From positions 325,587 to 389,586 of the forward strand of contig CAVYBU010000003.1 of assembly GCA_963766735.1 (NCBI GenBank): a stretch of DNA of 64,000 nucleotides, given 5' to 3'. This DNA comes from an uncultured Chloroflexia bacterium. Its GTDB lineage: Bacteria > Chloroflexota > Limnocylindria > Limnocylindrales > CSP1-4. Below the pieces are notes generated by a model that saw only the letters and a list, made by a program, of their open reading frames with translations, was not told where the DNA came from and searched no databases. The first letter of the stretch is position 1. Each line of letters starts with the position of its first letter. The position numbers and the translations under genes are program-made. Below, in pieces: positions 51,097-61,897 of this stretch.

Positions 51097-53247
51097 ATGT
51101 CCGCCCGTCAGACCGCCATCGAGACGATCTCCAACCACCGGGTCGCCTCGACCCAGAACTACTTGGAGCACGCGGGCCAGGTCATCTACGGCCAGTACGT
51201 GTTCCACGAGGGCGCGCAGCGGCAGTACCTCGCCAAGCCGATCTTCCGGCGGCTGCGGCGCACCATCGACGGCCTGGAGCCCTTCGACCCGGTCATCGCC
51301 GACGCTGTCGCCCACGGCGTGAAGGAGTGGGCGCTGGCACGCGGGGCGACCCACTACACGCACTGGTTCGTGCCCATGACCGGCTCCACGGCCGAGAAGC
51401 ACGACTCGTTCCTGAACCCGACCGGTGACGGCCTGACCGTCGCCGAGTTCTCCGGGGAGAACCTGCTCCAGGGCGAGCCGGACGCGAGCTCGTTTCCGTC
51501 TGGCGGGATCCGCGCCACGTTCGAGGCCCGCGGCTACACCGCGTGGGACGTCACGAGCCCGATCTTCCTCCAGGTCGAGGCCAACGGCGTCACCCTCACG
51601 ATCCCGACGGCGTACATCTCGTACACGGGTGAGGCCCTCGACCACAAGATCCCGATGCTCCGCTCCCAGGAGGCCCTGGGGATGCACGCCCTGCGCGTCC
51701 TGCGCTGGTTCGGCAACACGACCGCGAGCCGGGTGTTCACCAACATCGGACCGGAGCAGGAGTACTTCCTGGTCGACCGGCGGCTGGCCGAGCAGCGCCC
51801 CGACCTCGTCCTGGCCGGGCGCACGCTGTTCGGTGCCCCGTCGTCCAAGGGCCAGGAGCTGGAGGACCAGTATTTCGGCACGATCCGCGAGCGGATCATC
51901 GCGTTCATGATGGACCTCGACCGGGAGCTGTGGCGCCTTGGGATCCCGGCCAAGACGCGCCACAACGAGGTCGCACCGGGCCAGTTCGAGATGGCGCCGG
52001 TCTACGAGCCGACGTCGGTCGGGTCCGATCACAACATGCTCGTGATGAGCACGATGCGCCGCCTTGCGCCGCAGCACGGCCTGATGCTCCTCGTCCACGA
52101 GAAGCCGTTCGCGGGGATCAACGGGTCGGGCAAGCACAACAACTGGTCGATGGCCACCGACGACGGGGAGAACCTGCTCGAGCCGGGCAACGATCCGCAT
52201 GCGAACGCCCAGTTCCTCGCGTTCCTGATCGCGATCATCCGGGGCGTCAACGAGCACGCGGACATCCTGCGCGCGAGCATCGCGGACGCCGGCCAGGACC
52301 ACCGCCTGGGCGCCAACGAGGCGCCGCCCGCGATCATGTCGATCTTCCTCGGCTCGCAGCTCGAGGACGTCATCGCCCAGCTGGAGCAGGGAGCGGCGTC
52401 CGCGTCCAAGAGGGGCGCCCACGTGAGGCTGGGGGTGACCTCGCTGCCGGACCTGCCCGCGGACGCCACGGACCGGAACCGGACGTCGCCGTTCGCGTTC
52501 ACCGGCAACAAGTTCGAGTTCCGCGCCGTCGGCTCGTCCGCCCCGGTCTACTGGCCGCAGACGGTCCTCAACACCGCGGTTGCCGACGCGCTCGCGCAGC
52601 TCGCCGATGAGCTCGACAAGCTGCAGCCGGGCGACTTCGCGGGCCTCACGACCATCCTGTCGCGGATGGTCCGCGAGAACAAGCGGGTCCTGTTCGAGGG
52701 CAACGGCTACTCGGAGGAATGGCACGCCGAGGCCGAACGACGCGGCCTTCCCAACAACAGGACCACGGTGGACGCGCTGCCCGCCCTGACCACCGCGAAG
52801 GCCGTGACCTTGTTCTCCCGGCACGGAGTCCTCTCGCAGCGCGAGCTGGCGTCCCGCGTGGACATCAACTGGGAGCGCTACGTCAAGGTCGGCAACATTG
52901 AGGCCAACTGCGCGCTGGACATGGCGAAGACGATGATCCTGCCGGCCACCGCCCGGTACCTGGGTGAGCTGGTGGCGGCGTCGGCGGCAGGATCACGCGG
53001 CATCGCCGCGGTCTCGGACAAGGTGGCCTCCCTCGCCGATGCGCTTGTCGATGCGATCCATGCCCTCGAGGACGCGCGGCACGCAGCCCACCAGGCGGGA
53101 TCCGTCCAGGACACGGCCCGCGCGTTCTGCGACGACGTGATCCCGGCCCAGAACGCGCTCCGCGCAGTTGCGGACGAGCTGGAGACGCTGGTGTCCGACG
53201 AGCTCTGGCCGCTGCCGAAGTACCGGGAGCTTCTCTTCCAGTACTGA
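51097..53247 (+). CDS. glnN: Glutamine synthetase type III
   Basis: 'THYTHWF', 'GEPDASSFPSGG', 'EQEYF', 'NGSGKHNNWS', 'RLGANEAPP', 'WPLPKYRELLF'. Confidence 0.95.
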   Translation: MSARQTAIETISNHRVASTQNYLEHAGQVIYGQYVFHEGAQRQYLAKPIFRRLRRTIDGLEPFDPVIADAVAHGVKEWALARGATHYTHWFVPMTGSTAEKHDSFLNPTGDGLTVAEFSGENLLQGEPDASSFPSGGIRATFEARGYTAWDVTSPIFLQVEANGVTLTIPTAYISYTGEALDHKIPMLRSQEALGMHALRVLRWFGNTTASRVFTNIGPEQEYFLVDRRLAEQRPDLVLAGRTLFGAPSSKGQELEDQYFGTIRERIIAFMMDLDRELWRLGIPAKTRHNEVAPGQFEMAPVYEPTSVGSDHNMLVMSTMRRLAPQHGLMLLVHEKPFAGINGSGKHNNWSMATDDGENLLEPGNDPHANAQFLAFLIAIIRGVNEHADILRASIADAGQDHRLGANEAPPAIMSIFLGSQLEDVIAQLEQGAASASKRGAHVRLGVTSLPDLPADATDRNRTSPFAFTGNKFEFRAVGSSAPVYWPQTVLNTAVADALAQLADELDKLQPGDFAGLTTILSRMVRENKRVLFEGNGYSEEWHAEAERRGLPNNRTTVDALPALTTAKAVTLFSRHGVLSQRELASRVDINWERYVKVGNIEANCALDMAKTMILPATARYLGELVAASAAGSRGIAAVSDKVASLADALVDAIHALEDARHAAHQAGSVQDTARAFCDDVIPAQNALRAVADELETLVSDELWPLPKYRELLFQY

Positions 53248-53289
53248 GGTCTGGGGCCGCGGGGGGCGGGGGCCGCAGCGTCCCCGTTC

Positions 53290-53460
53290 TGCGCGCGCTC
53301 CGCGCCGGTGCCCTCCGCACCTCGGTGGGCTCACCCGGGTGGGCCGCTCCGCGCCGGTGCTCCGCTCCGCGCCGGTGCCCTCCGCCCCGCACCGGTGCCC
53401 TCCGCGCCGGTGCTCCGTGCTGCGGTGGGCCGCTCCGCATCACCAGCGGTGCTATCCGCG
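53290..53460. repeat. Low-complexity intergenic repeats (ccggtgc(c)ctccgc)
   Basis: Several imperfect 12-15-bp copies. Confidence 0.5.
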
Positions 53461-53653
53461 CCCGAAACCCGGACCCTGGCCTCGCGCCCCGCCTCCGGAG
53501 GTCACCTGCGGACGCTCTGATCACGAGCCGTGATCAAACGCCTCACATCGACGCCGCGGAGGGTCGTCGCACCACGGATGCCCCGCGGACAGCATCAGTG
53601 GTGATGCCGCTGACGTAATCCGGCGGTGAGCAGCTCGCGCGACACTGCGGGCC

Positions 53654-54416
53654 ATGAGCAGTCAATCGGCCAACCGCGCAACGAGCCACGTGATGGCGGG
53701 CCGGGCGCGGGCCGCGACCGTCGCGAAGCGGTTGGGCGTCGGACTCCGGGAGGCTCGCCTTGGCGCCGGTCTTCTCCAGCGCGAGGTGGCGGTACAGAGC
53801 TGGCGTCTCCCAGCCGGAGGTCGCGAAGCTCGAGGGTGGCGCCGGCACGGACACAGGGATCGACACCTGGGCGGCCTGCGGCGCCGCGCTCGGGCTGCAG
53901 CTGGCTGCCTTCTTTGAGGCCGTTCCAGGCGCGGATCTGCCCCGGGACATCCAGCATCTCAAACGTCAGAACCTCGTGGTCGCGACCTCGGCACCCGGCG
54001 GCTGGGCGTCGGAGCCGGAGTCCGTCGTCGCCGGGGACGGCTCGCGGCCGCGATCCATCGACGTCCTCCTGACACGAGCCGTCCGGCGCGAGGTGGCCGT
54101 GGTGGAGATCTGGGACCTCATCCTCGACGGCGGAGCGGTCATGCGCGGCCTCGAGGCGAAGGTCCACGCCACCCGGCAGCGACGAGGCCCGGACTGGCAC
54201 GTACAGGGACTGCTCATCGTGCGGGGCACCCAGCGCAACCGGCGCCTCATCGGCTCCCTCGCCGCGCTCTTTGCGGCGCGCTATCCGGCGTCGTCCCAAG
54301 CCTGGCTCCGCGCCCTTCGGGATCCGGCCGTTCCGATGCCCGGCTCGGCTGGGTTGGCGTGGACGGATGTGGCCGGGACCCACCTCATCGCAGCACGCCT
54401 CGTGACGGCTGGCTAG
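53654..54416 (+). CDS. XRE-type HTH protein with a restriction-endonuclease-like C-terminal domain (frameshift near 53795)
   Basis: 'LREARLGAGLLQREVA..AGVSQPEVAKLEGG'; 'SIDVL..VVEIW'. Confidence 0.6.
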
Positions 54417-54512
54417 CGGCAGGGTGTTGTCCCCCCTCGCGGCTGGCCTGTCATTCGATGCCCTACCGATCATGGGGTATCATGCGGCGGCCCCTCAGCG
54501 GGCATTTTCGGT

Positions 54513-54589
<77 letters not shown>

Positions 54590-54592
54590 GTC

Positions 54593-55025
54593 TTACGCAC
54601 TTCCACCCTGAACTCGCCGGTCATTGCGGCTGCCCAGCCGCGAGCCTCGGCTTCGACGCTCGGGTGAAGGCAGACCTCGCTCCAACCGAGTCGGGTTGCC
54701 CCAATCGGTCGACGCACCCTTGGTCGAGTTGCACGACCGACACAGCACCGCGCAGTTGCGCGATGTCAAACGGCGCACCGCCGGCGGCGAGCGGCACGAC
54801 GTGATCGACGGTCAGGTCGGCGGCCGGATGGGCTGCTCGCTGGTAGCCAGGGCACCGGTTGCCGTGCTCACCACGCCAGGCACTGAGCACGCGTGCGCTG
54901 AGTCGCTGCCAGGCGCGCGTGCTGTAGAGGGCGTTGTGACGGCTGCGGTTGGAGTCGCGGGCGTGCTCGGTACAGCGGCTACCAGCGCGGCTGGTGACGA
55001 CACCACAGACCGTGCACAGCTTCAC
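54593..55025 (-). CDS. Phage-type HNH endonuclease (frameshift near 54765)
   Basis: 'CTVCG..RCTEH', 'YSTRAWQRL', 'TVDHVVPLAAGG', then 'NCAVLCRSCNSTKG' in the neighbouring frame. Confidence 0.8.
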
Positions 55026-55261
55026 ACCCGAATCGTCGGCGGGGCGACTGGCGCGGTCTATTCGCCTGCGGTGCTACGCCTGCGCGACCATGGCCGGCGG
55101 AGCAGGGTCTGCGCGGCTTCTGACCGCGGGGCTGCAGCTTCGCTCTGTGCCGGGCTGACCAGGACCCAGACCCGCAGCCCGCCATCAAGCGCAGTCGGTC
55201 GACGGCGGTCCGAAAGCCCAGGCGCTCGTCGGCAGCGAACGCAGGTGTGTTGACGGCCGCC

Positions 55262-55636
55262 TTACGGATACGAGGTCCAGGCGTACCAGGCCGTGACCGC
55301 GTTCCACCCCAAGCCGACGATGATCAGGAACTTGTCGTACAGCCCGGAGTACGTCGGCAGGCCGACGACGTTGAAGACGAAGAGACCGACCGCGGCGATG
55401 ACGCTGATCCAACGAAGCGTCTGCCCGGTCAACGTCACGGACACGACGACCATGACGATCGGAACAAGCATCAGGACGGCAACGAACATCAGCGCCGCCG
55501 GGACCATCTCCTGCTTGAGGCCGCCGAACTGGCCCGGGGTGGCGTCACCGCTCCAGAACCGCAAGACATCCCCCAGCAGGTAGGTGAGCATCAGGGCTAC
55601 CCACAGCGCTGACAGCTTGATCTGCACCTCTGGCAT
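55262..55636 (-). CDS. Small four-TM membrane protein (DUF6326-like)
   Basis: 'IKLSALWVALMLTYLLGDVL'. Confidence 0.65.
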   Translation of the reverse strand: MPEVQIKLSALWVALMLTYLLGDVLRFWSGDATPGQFGGLKQEMVPAALMFVAVLMLVPIVMVVVSVTLTGQTLRWISVIAAVGLFVFNVVGLPTYSGLYDKFLIIVGLGWNAVTAWYAWTSYP

Positions 55637-55760
55637 CGATCGGCTCCGTTCTGGATCTAGTGAGCTTTGGAGTTGAACGTCATTCCTCCGGTCGATCCAC
55701 CGGCTCGGTGAGCGATGAGCGGATCTGCCATCGGCATCGGCTCGTTCATGCGGCCGCTGC

Positions 55761-56736
55761 TCAGGCCGCTGCCCGCTCGATCGCGATGACCACGGTCCCT
55801 CGCGCGTGTCCTGCAGCGACATGCCCGATCGCCCTGGGCGTCTCGGGCAGCGGGTACGTGCCGTCGATCACCGGTGTGACCTTCCCGGCCTCGACGAGCT
55901 CCTTGAGGACCAGCAGGTCGGCTCGGTTCTCGGACTTGGGGGCGGGCTTGCCTTGCTGGCCCACGAACAGCGACACGATCGCGAGCCGGATCATGCGGCC
56001 GAGCGCGCCGCCGGCGTGGCCACCACCGTTGGAGATCAGCATCCCGTTCGGGGCGAGTGCTCGCCTCGTCGCCGACATCGAGTGATCCCCCACGTTGTCG
56101 AGGATGAGGTCGTAGCGCGGTCCGCCCTTCCGAAAATCCTCCTTGGTGTAGTCGATGACGTGATCGGCCCCGATCGAGCGGACCAGCTCCAGGTTCTTGG
56201 TGCTGCAAACGCCGGTCACCTCGGCACCGAACGCCTTGGCGATCTGCACGGCGAACGTGCCCACGCCGCCGGACGCGCCATTGATGAGGACCTTCTGCCC
56301 GGGCTGGACATGTCCGTTATCGCGCAGGAGCTGGAGGGCGGTGGTGGCGGACACGCCGACGGCGGCGGCCTGCTCGAAGGTGAGGTTGGCCGGTTTCAGT
56401 ACGAAGTGGTCCTCGCTCGCTGAGGCGTACTCGGCGAAGGCGCCCGTGCACCACCCGAACACGTCGTCACCGGGGCGCAGGCCCTTCACGTCCTTGCCGA
56501 CCGCATCGACCGTGCCCGCGATGTCTGTGCCCGGGACGCTGGTTCTTCGGCGTGCGGAGTCCGGTCGCCAGCCGCACGAGGAATGGCGAGCCTGTCATGA
56601 CGATCACGTCACCGACGTGGATCGACGCGGCACGGACACGGACCAGGACCTCGCCTTCGCCGATCTCGGGACGATCGATGTCCCGTGACTCCAGGACCTC
56701 GGCCGCGCCGTACCTGTCTTGAACGATTGCCTGCAT
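55761..56736 (-). CDS. NAD(P)-dependent MDR alcohol dehydrogenase/quinone reductase (frameshift near 56540)
   Basis: 'MQAIVQDRYG', 'VLINGASGGVGTFAVQIAK', 'GHARGTVVI'. Confidence 0.88.
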
Positions 56737-56754
56737 CGATGGGGTCTCCGGTCG

Positions 56755-56799
56755 CTTTACGATGTAAAGTTGGCAGATCGGACTTTACGGTGTAAAGTC
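56755..56799. promoter_or_regulatory. Twin TetR operators CTTTAC-N3-GTAAAG
   Basis: ctttacgatgtaaag 56755-56769 and gactttacggtgtaaagtc 56781-56799 between divergent genes. Confidence 0.75.
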
Positions 56800-56852
56800 G
56801 CTGATGTCAACCCCGGAATCGTTCGGTTGACCGAGTCCCAGGAGGAGGCCGA

Positions 56853-57575
56853 TTGACGCAGACGAGCAAACGAGCACAGGGACGCGTGCCGCTGAGCCGG
56901 GAGCTGGTGCTCGACACCGCGGTCAAGCTCGCCGATCGGGGTGGGCTCGAGTCCCTCAGCATGCGGAAGCTCGGCCAGGAGCTCGGTGTCGAGGCGATGG
57001 CCCTCTACTACCACTTCGCCAACAAGGACGAGGTGATCGACGGGATCGTCGATCTCGTCTTCAGCGAGATCGATCTGCCTGCCAGCGGAGCCGACTGGAA
57101 GACCGCCATGCGTCAACGGGCGATCTCGCTCCGGGACGTGTTGCTGCGCCACCGATGGGCGATTGGCCTGATGGAGTCGCGGCGGAAGCCGGGGCCGGCG
57201 AACCTGCGCCACCACGACGCGGTGATCGGCAGTCTGCGGTCGGCAGGCCTCGACCTGCCGACGATCGCGCATGCGTACTCGCTCTTGGACAGCTACATCT
57301 ACGGTTTCGCCCTGTTCATGGCGAACCTCCCATTCGAGCCCTCGGAGGAGGTCGCGGAGTTGGGCCAGGTCACGCTCCGGGCGTTCCCCATCGACGCCTA
57401 CCCGAACCTCGTCGCCTACGTCGCCGCGATGAGGCCCGACTACGACTACGGGGACGAATTCGAGTACGGACTCGACCTGGTCCTTGACGGCCTCGAGAGG
57501 GCGGCGGGATCTTCACGATCAGTGCTCGGCTCCAGCTCTGCGACGACCAGCCAGCCGTCGGCCCGTCCGCGGTAG
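56853..57575 (+). CDS. TetR family regulator with a TetR_C domain
   Basis: 'LSMRKLGQELGVEAMALYYHFANKDE', 'FEYGLDLVLDGL'. Confidence 0.92.
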   Translation: MTQTSKRAQGRVPLSRELVLDTAVKLADRGGLESLSMRKLGQELGVEAMALYYHFANKDEVIDGIVDLVFSEIDLPASGADWKTAMRQRAISLRDVLLRHRWAIGLMESRRKPGPANLRHHDAVIGSLRSAGLDLPTIAHAYSLLDSYIYGFALFMANLPFEPSEEVAELGQVTLRAFPIDAYPNLVAYVAAMRPDYDYGDEFEYGLDLVLDGLERAAGSSRSVLGSSSATTSQPSARPR

Positions 57576-57769
57576 ATCAGCTGCTCGGTCGTGAGGCCCG
57601 ACCGAGCTCGCAGGTCCGCGAGATGGCGCTTCGCGGTGCTGGGCCGGACGCCGACGCGTGCCGCCGCCTCGGCAACGGATCCGCCGCCGGCGACGAAAGC
57701 GGCGAGGACGTCGACCTGGCGCGCAGTTGGCGACCGCGGGAGAGTGCCTCGCAGATACCCGTCTCTCAC
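57446..57769 (-). CDS. LuxR-like HTH protein
   Basis: 'PTARQVDVL..SVAEAAARVGVRPSTAKRHLADLRAR'. Confidence 0.65.
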   Translation of the reverse strand: MRDGYLRGTLPRSPTARQVDVLAAFVAGGGSVAEAAARVGVRPSTAKRHLADLRARSGLTTEQLIYRGRADGWLVVAELEPSTDREDPAALSRPSRTRSSPYSNSSP

Positions 57770-57960
57770 ACCGGGCTCACCCGGCTGCGCGTGATGAGTC
57801 CGAGGATGACGGCCGTGACGGCGAGGATCGCACCGATCTGGTCGGGCGCGAGGCTGAGACCGAACGCCACGACCAGGGCGATCACCGCCTGGACGAGGGC
57901 GAGGACCATGGCGGGCTCGCGGCCCCAGATCGTGCCGGGCTGGTTATCCGTCATCGTCAC
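57766..57960 (-). CDS. Holin-like two-TM protein
   Basis: 'REPAMVLALVQAVIALVVAFG..Q...ITRSRVSP'; directly follows the endolysin. Confidence 0.7.
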   Translation of the reverse strand: MTMTDNQPGTIWGREPAMVLALVQAVIALVVAFGLSLAPDQIGAILAVTAVILGLITRSRVSPV

Positions 57961-58964
57961 GCTCCGTACGCGGCGGCGGCGCGGTCGGCGGCCGCCTTGA
58001 CCGCCGCGGCCGCCGTCTTCTCGGCAGCGTCGAGCTGCGCCTGGCTGAACGGCGTGGGGTCAGGTGCCGGGCGGATGGTGGTGACCTCGGACGCCTTCGC
58101 GAACATCGCCCGTCCGGTGTGGACGCCCTTCGCATCGACGTACTCGACGATGCGGACCGTGCTCGCCGGCTGACCGAGATAGGGCATGTCGCGCCCCGGG
58201 TCGACCCGGATGTTGTCGGGCGAGGGTTGGAGCGCCGACGTCGCGTACAGCCAGGTGCCCGCGGGCACGGTGGTGACCGACGGGACCTTGGGCACGGGGT
58301 AGCTGTTCACGGTCTCCTCGGGAGCGGGCGGCGCTGGCGCCAGGGCGGCGAGGTAGCGGGCCTGCGGGAAGCCCGTCGGGTCGTCGGCCCACGGCCGCCA
58401 GCAGTAGGGCTTGAGCCGCCCGGCGATGTAGTGGTGGTCGATGAGGTGGTGGCGGTCGATCGGGATCGCCCGGAGCTCGCGGGTGATCGCGGTCTCGGTG
58501 CCGGCGCGGAACCGGATCCCGGCGGCCCGCAGCTCGGCGAGGTCGCCGCGCAGCAGCAGGGCATCGAGCGCGATCGAGGCCGCGATGACCGCCTCGGGCA
58601 CGACGCCCTTGCCGGAGCCTGCCGTGCGGCCGCCGTTGTCGTGGTGCTCGATGCTGACCGTGCGGCTGTTGACGAGCGTCGTCGGGTAGCGGTCGTCCCA
58701 GGCGCCCGAGGGGTCCCAGTTGCCGTTGCCCCACGCCTGGTCGCCGAGCCGGACGTACTGGTGGACGTGGGCCGTCGTCGGATGGCCCGTGCGGCCGCAG
58801 CCGTAGCCGACGCCGAAGTGGGTCGAGGCCTCACGTCCGTCGGTCGAGGTGAACGCCGCGTCGGTCGAGCGGAGCGTGCCGACCATGCGGTGATGGACGA
58901 GCGCGATGAGCGGCGCCGGGTGGCCGGCCGTGAACTTCGGTGAGCCGACCCAGTAGATCGTCAT
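57957..58964 (-). CDS. N-acetylmuramoyl-L-alanine amidase (endolysin)
   Basis: 'LVHHRM', 'ASTHFGV', 'HQYV...QAWGNG', 'NSRTVSIEH', 'HH..KPYC'. Confidence 0.8.
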   Translation of the reverse strand: MTIYWVGSPKFTAGHPAPLIALVHHRMVGTLRSTDAAFTSTDGREASTHFGVGYGCGRTGHPTTAHVHQYVRLGDQAWGNGNWDPSGAWDDRYPTTLVNSRTVSIEHHDNGGRTAGSGKGVVPEAVIAASIALDALLLRGDLAELRAAGIRFRAGTETAITRELRAIPIDRHHLIDHHYIAGRLKPYCWRPWADDPTGFPQARYLAALAPAPPAPEETVNSYPVPKVPSVTTVPAGTWLYATSALQPSPDNIRVDPGRDMPYLGQPASTVRIVEYVDAKGVHTGRAMFAKASEVTTIRPAPDPTPFSQAQLDAAEKTAAAAVKAAADRAAAAYGA

Positions 58965-59191
58965 CTCACGCCTCGCCAGACCGCCGAGGCCTCGAGCCCC
59001 AGGAGCGCGAGGATCGCGCCCAGGAGGGGCAGGAGGATCCCGGGGCTGATGTCGTAGTCGGGGACGGCGACGTCGAGGACGAGGAGCACGACGAGGACGA
59101 GCGTGAGCGCGGCAGCGGCGCCGATCCGGGCCGAGGAGTAGACGTCGGCCCGGCGGCGGTCCGGCGCATCGTCGCGACGCTCATCGCCCAT
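58961..59191 (-). CDS. Small two-TM phage membrane protein
   Basis: Two hydrophobic helices; overlaps neighbours. Confidence 0.6.
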   Translation of the reverse strand: MGDERRDDAPDRRRADVYSSARIGAAAALTLVLVVLLVLDVAVPDYDISPGILLPLLGAILALLGLEASAVWRGVR

Positions 59192-59306
59192 GCCGGCGCA
59201 GTCGGTCGATCCAGGCGTCGACGAGGAGCGGCAGCACGAAGCGGTCGAGGGCGCCGCCCATGACGACGCCGGCGAGGAAGGCGAGGACGAGCTCGACCCC
59301 GCTCAT
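59181..59306 (-). CDS. Small TM protein; its probable original 5' end (60953-61006) was separated by the IS
   Basis: Removing the IS gives MTARWSDPGRLPVPPTGYVRAVNSLGGPMSGVELVLAFL in frame. Confidence 0.5.
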   Translation of the reverse strand: MSGVELVLAFLAGVVMGGALDRFVLPLLVDAWIDRLRRHGR

Positions 59307-59341
59307 CGGGCCGCCGAGGGAGTTGACGGCGCGGACGTACC

Positions 59342-60957
59342 GGCTATGAAGATGGGCACTCGGCTCGCTTGTCGACGGGGTACGCTCCGTGGACCGGGAC
59401 AGGGGTCGAGCGGGACACCAGCTGATGGGCAGGCCGCACCGGATATGGACCGCGAGTCCGCCGACGTAAGTGGCCGCCCCTGCGACTCGCCCGGTTGTGC
59501 CTCGAGCACGGATCCGTAGGTGTCGTGTCGCCCACAGCCGTCCCTCCAGAGAGCAGCGGGGGTGAAAGGGGACACGCCGATGATGCGCACGATCGGCCTC
59601 GACGTCGGACGCTACTGGGCAACGGTGGCGATCAAGGAGCCCGGAGCGCCCGTCCGGGCAGCGGACCGGATCGCGGTCAGCCCTGAGGGGCTCCGCCGGT
59701 TCGCGGCCACGCTCGGACCGGACGACCAGGTCGTCCTGGAGGCGTCGACCAACACCTGGGCGATCGCCGGGCTCCTGGCCGCCCATGCCGGCCGGGTGGT
59801 GGTCAGCAACCCGCTCCGGACGCGGGCCATCGCCGATGCGAAGACCAAGACCGACCAGATCGATGCCGCGGTGCTCGCCGAGCTGCTGGCCGCCGACTAC
59901 ATCCCCGAGGTCTGGCAGCCGGACGAGCGGACGAGGGAGTTGCGGGCGCTGGTCGCCCAGCGGGCCGCCCTCGTCCGGAGTCGCACCGCCCAGCGCAACC
60001 GGGTGGCGGCGGTCCTCGCCCGGGCGCTGCTGGCGCCGCCCGTGGCCGACACGTTCAGCGTCGCGGGGCGCGCATGGCTGGCCACGCTCGCGCTGCCGGC
60101 CCACGAGTCGCTGGCCATGGGCACCGCGCTCCGCCTGCACGACGCGATCGAGACCGAGGTCGCCGCCGTCGAGCAGGCGATCGCCGTCGCGGTGGCTGAC
60201 GACCGGGGTGTCCGCCACCTGCTCACGGTGCCCGGCCTGGCGCCACCACGTGCGCCTGTCTCGTGGCCGTGATCGGCGACGTGACGCGCTTCCCGCGGCC
60301 GAACAAGCTCGTGTCGTACCTCGGGCTCGACCCGCGGGTCCGCCAGTCGGGTGCCCGCAGCTTCACCGGGCACATCAGCCGGGCGGGCCAGGCCCATGCC
60401 CGGTCGCTGCTCATCGAGGCCGCCCACGCGGCGGTCCGGACACCCGGCCCACTGCGGGCGTTCCACGACCGGGTCCGCCGGCGCCGCGGGTCCGGCGTCG
60501 CGATCGTGGCCGTGGCCCGCAAGCTCGCGGTGCTGGCCTGGCACCTGCTGACCAAGGACACGGACTACCTCTGGAGCCCGGCCACGCTCACCGCTGACAA
60601 GGTCCGGCGGCTCGAGCTGCTGGCCGGAGCGCCCAGGCGGTTCGAGCTTCGCGGCACCTTCCGGGACGCCCGGGCGGAGCGGTCCAGGGCGCGATCCCTC
60701 GAGCGGGCGGCGCTCGAGACGGCCGAGCAGGCGTACCGGGAGCTGGTCGGGAGCCGGACGAGGCCAATTGCACGCCTGGCTGCGGACGCGGCGGCCGCAG
60801 CGGGGAGCGACTGAGCGGCCGGCCAGCGCCGGCACGGGCTGCGCGACGGGGCCATGATCCCCGGACACCCGTCCTTCGCCACGCGGTCGCGCCGCGTCCG
60901 TCGGCATCCTACGCCACCACGGGATCGCGGTCCGGGGTTGACATCTTCATCCGTACC
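59342..60957 (+). mobile_element. IS110-family insertion sequence
   Basis: Flanking core CGTACC (59336-41 and 60952-57); subterminal inverted repeats ATGAAGATG / CATCTTCAT; DEDD transposase. Confidence 0.85.
59580..60814 (+). CDS. IS110 transposase/recombinase (frameshift near 60250)
   Basis: 'IGLDV', 'VLEAS', 'KTDQIDA', 'LLTVPG', 'SYLGLDPRVRQSG', 'AIVAVARKL'. Confidence 0.92.
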
Positions 60958-61299
60958 CGGTGGGGGGAACCGGGAGTCGACCTGGATCGGACCAGCGCGC
61001 CGTCATGGCCTAAGCGTGCGGGCGGCGGGCCGCGGTTACTAGTTGGCCGATTGGGCCATGGCCCGACGTCGGACCCTACGAGTCAGGCGATGGCGAGGGC
61101 GCGGGCTGGAAGGTGCACGCCTGGTTACCGGCCGGGAGGCTTCGACGAGGGGGGCGGCGGCGGCGACTCATGCCCGGTGACCCGGTACACGTCGAGGTCG
61201 TGCGCGCTCGGGACCTGAAGAGGCCCGCCCCTGGCGGGACGGGCCTTCGGAGTCGGTTCGATCGGGTCTGTGTGACCGCAAGCGTACAGATCGATCGGG

Positions 61300-61782
61300 C
61301 TACAGGCCGGCGGTCGTGCAGAGCCTGTTCTCGATGTAGGTGTTCGCCGCGCCCGGACCGTCGACCTGGAGGAAGTCGACGTCCCCGTTCTTGCAGGCCC
61401 GGTTCTCCTTGAATGTGCTATTGACTGACCCCGCGTCCAGTCCGAAGCCGATCTCACCGTTCCTGCTCGCGATGTTCTCGGACAAGGCACTGCCATCGAA
61501 GTCGATCAGGACGAAGCCGGTACCGGCGTTCCCGGTGGCCGTGTTCTCCTTCAGGATGCTCATATTGCTTCGGTTGAACACGAACCCATTCATCTTGTTG
61601 CCCGTGACGGAGTTCCCCTTGAACGTGCTGCCGTCCGATCGTTGATCTCGAAGCCCTGGCCGTAGTTGCCCGCCGCCGAGTTCCCGACGACCGTCGACGC
61701 GGTCGTGTTGAACACGGCGATTTCGGACCGTGTGCGGCTGTTGTCGGCCGCGTTGTCCTTGTGAGATGGTCTCGTCGAGCAC
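61300..61782 (-). pseudogene. Parallel beta-helix (NosD-like) protein fragment
   Basis: 'NTATGNAGTGF', 'NIASRNGEIGF' repeats; frameshifted, no clear start. Confidence 0.55.
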
Positions 61783-61897
61783 CAGCCTGGCAGCAGGGCG
61801 CCCCGGCCGGCCGGCTGCGCGTCCTGAGTGGACTGTCGAGCCGGTGCCGGGGCGGATGGTGCTGGCGGTGCCGCCAGCTTGCGGTCAGCTAGTGGAC

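Larger units (their letters stand above)
54593..61006 (-). mobile_element. Prophage or prophage-remnant end (lysis module, HNH) immediately 3' of tRNA-Pro(CGG)
   Basis: Amidase, holin-like, small TM genes, HTH and phage-type HNH all on the minus strand with overlapping starts/stops. Confidence 0.65.

Noticed and set aside
30517-52824. Long antisense or alternate-frame ORFs (e.g. 30517-32550, 35172-37097, 35617-37734, 42821-45007, 50845-52824)
   Set aside because: Shadow ORFs typical of very high-GC DNA, overlapping well-supported genes and lacking motifs
53290-53460. Intergenic GC repeats as a REP/BIME or CRISPR remnant
   Set aside because: Irregular low-complexity units without constant spacers and no other copies in the window
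53654-54416. HTH-nuclease-like gene beside tRNA-Pro(CGG) as the missing integrase
   Set aside because: No R-H-R-Y tyrosine or serine recombinase motifs, and it is too short
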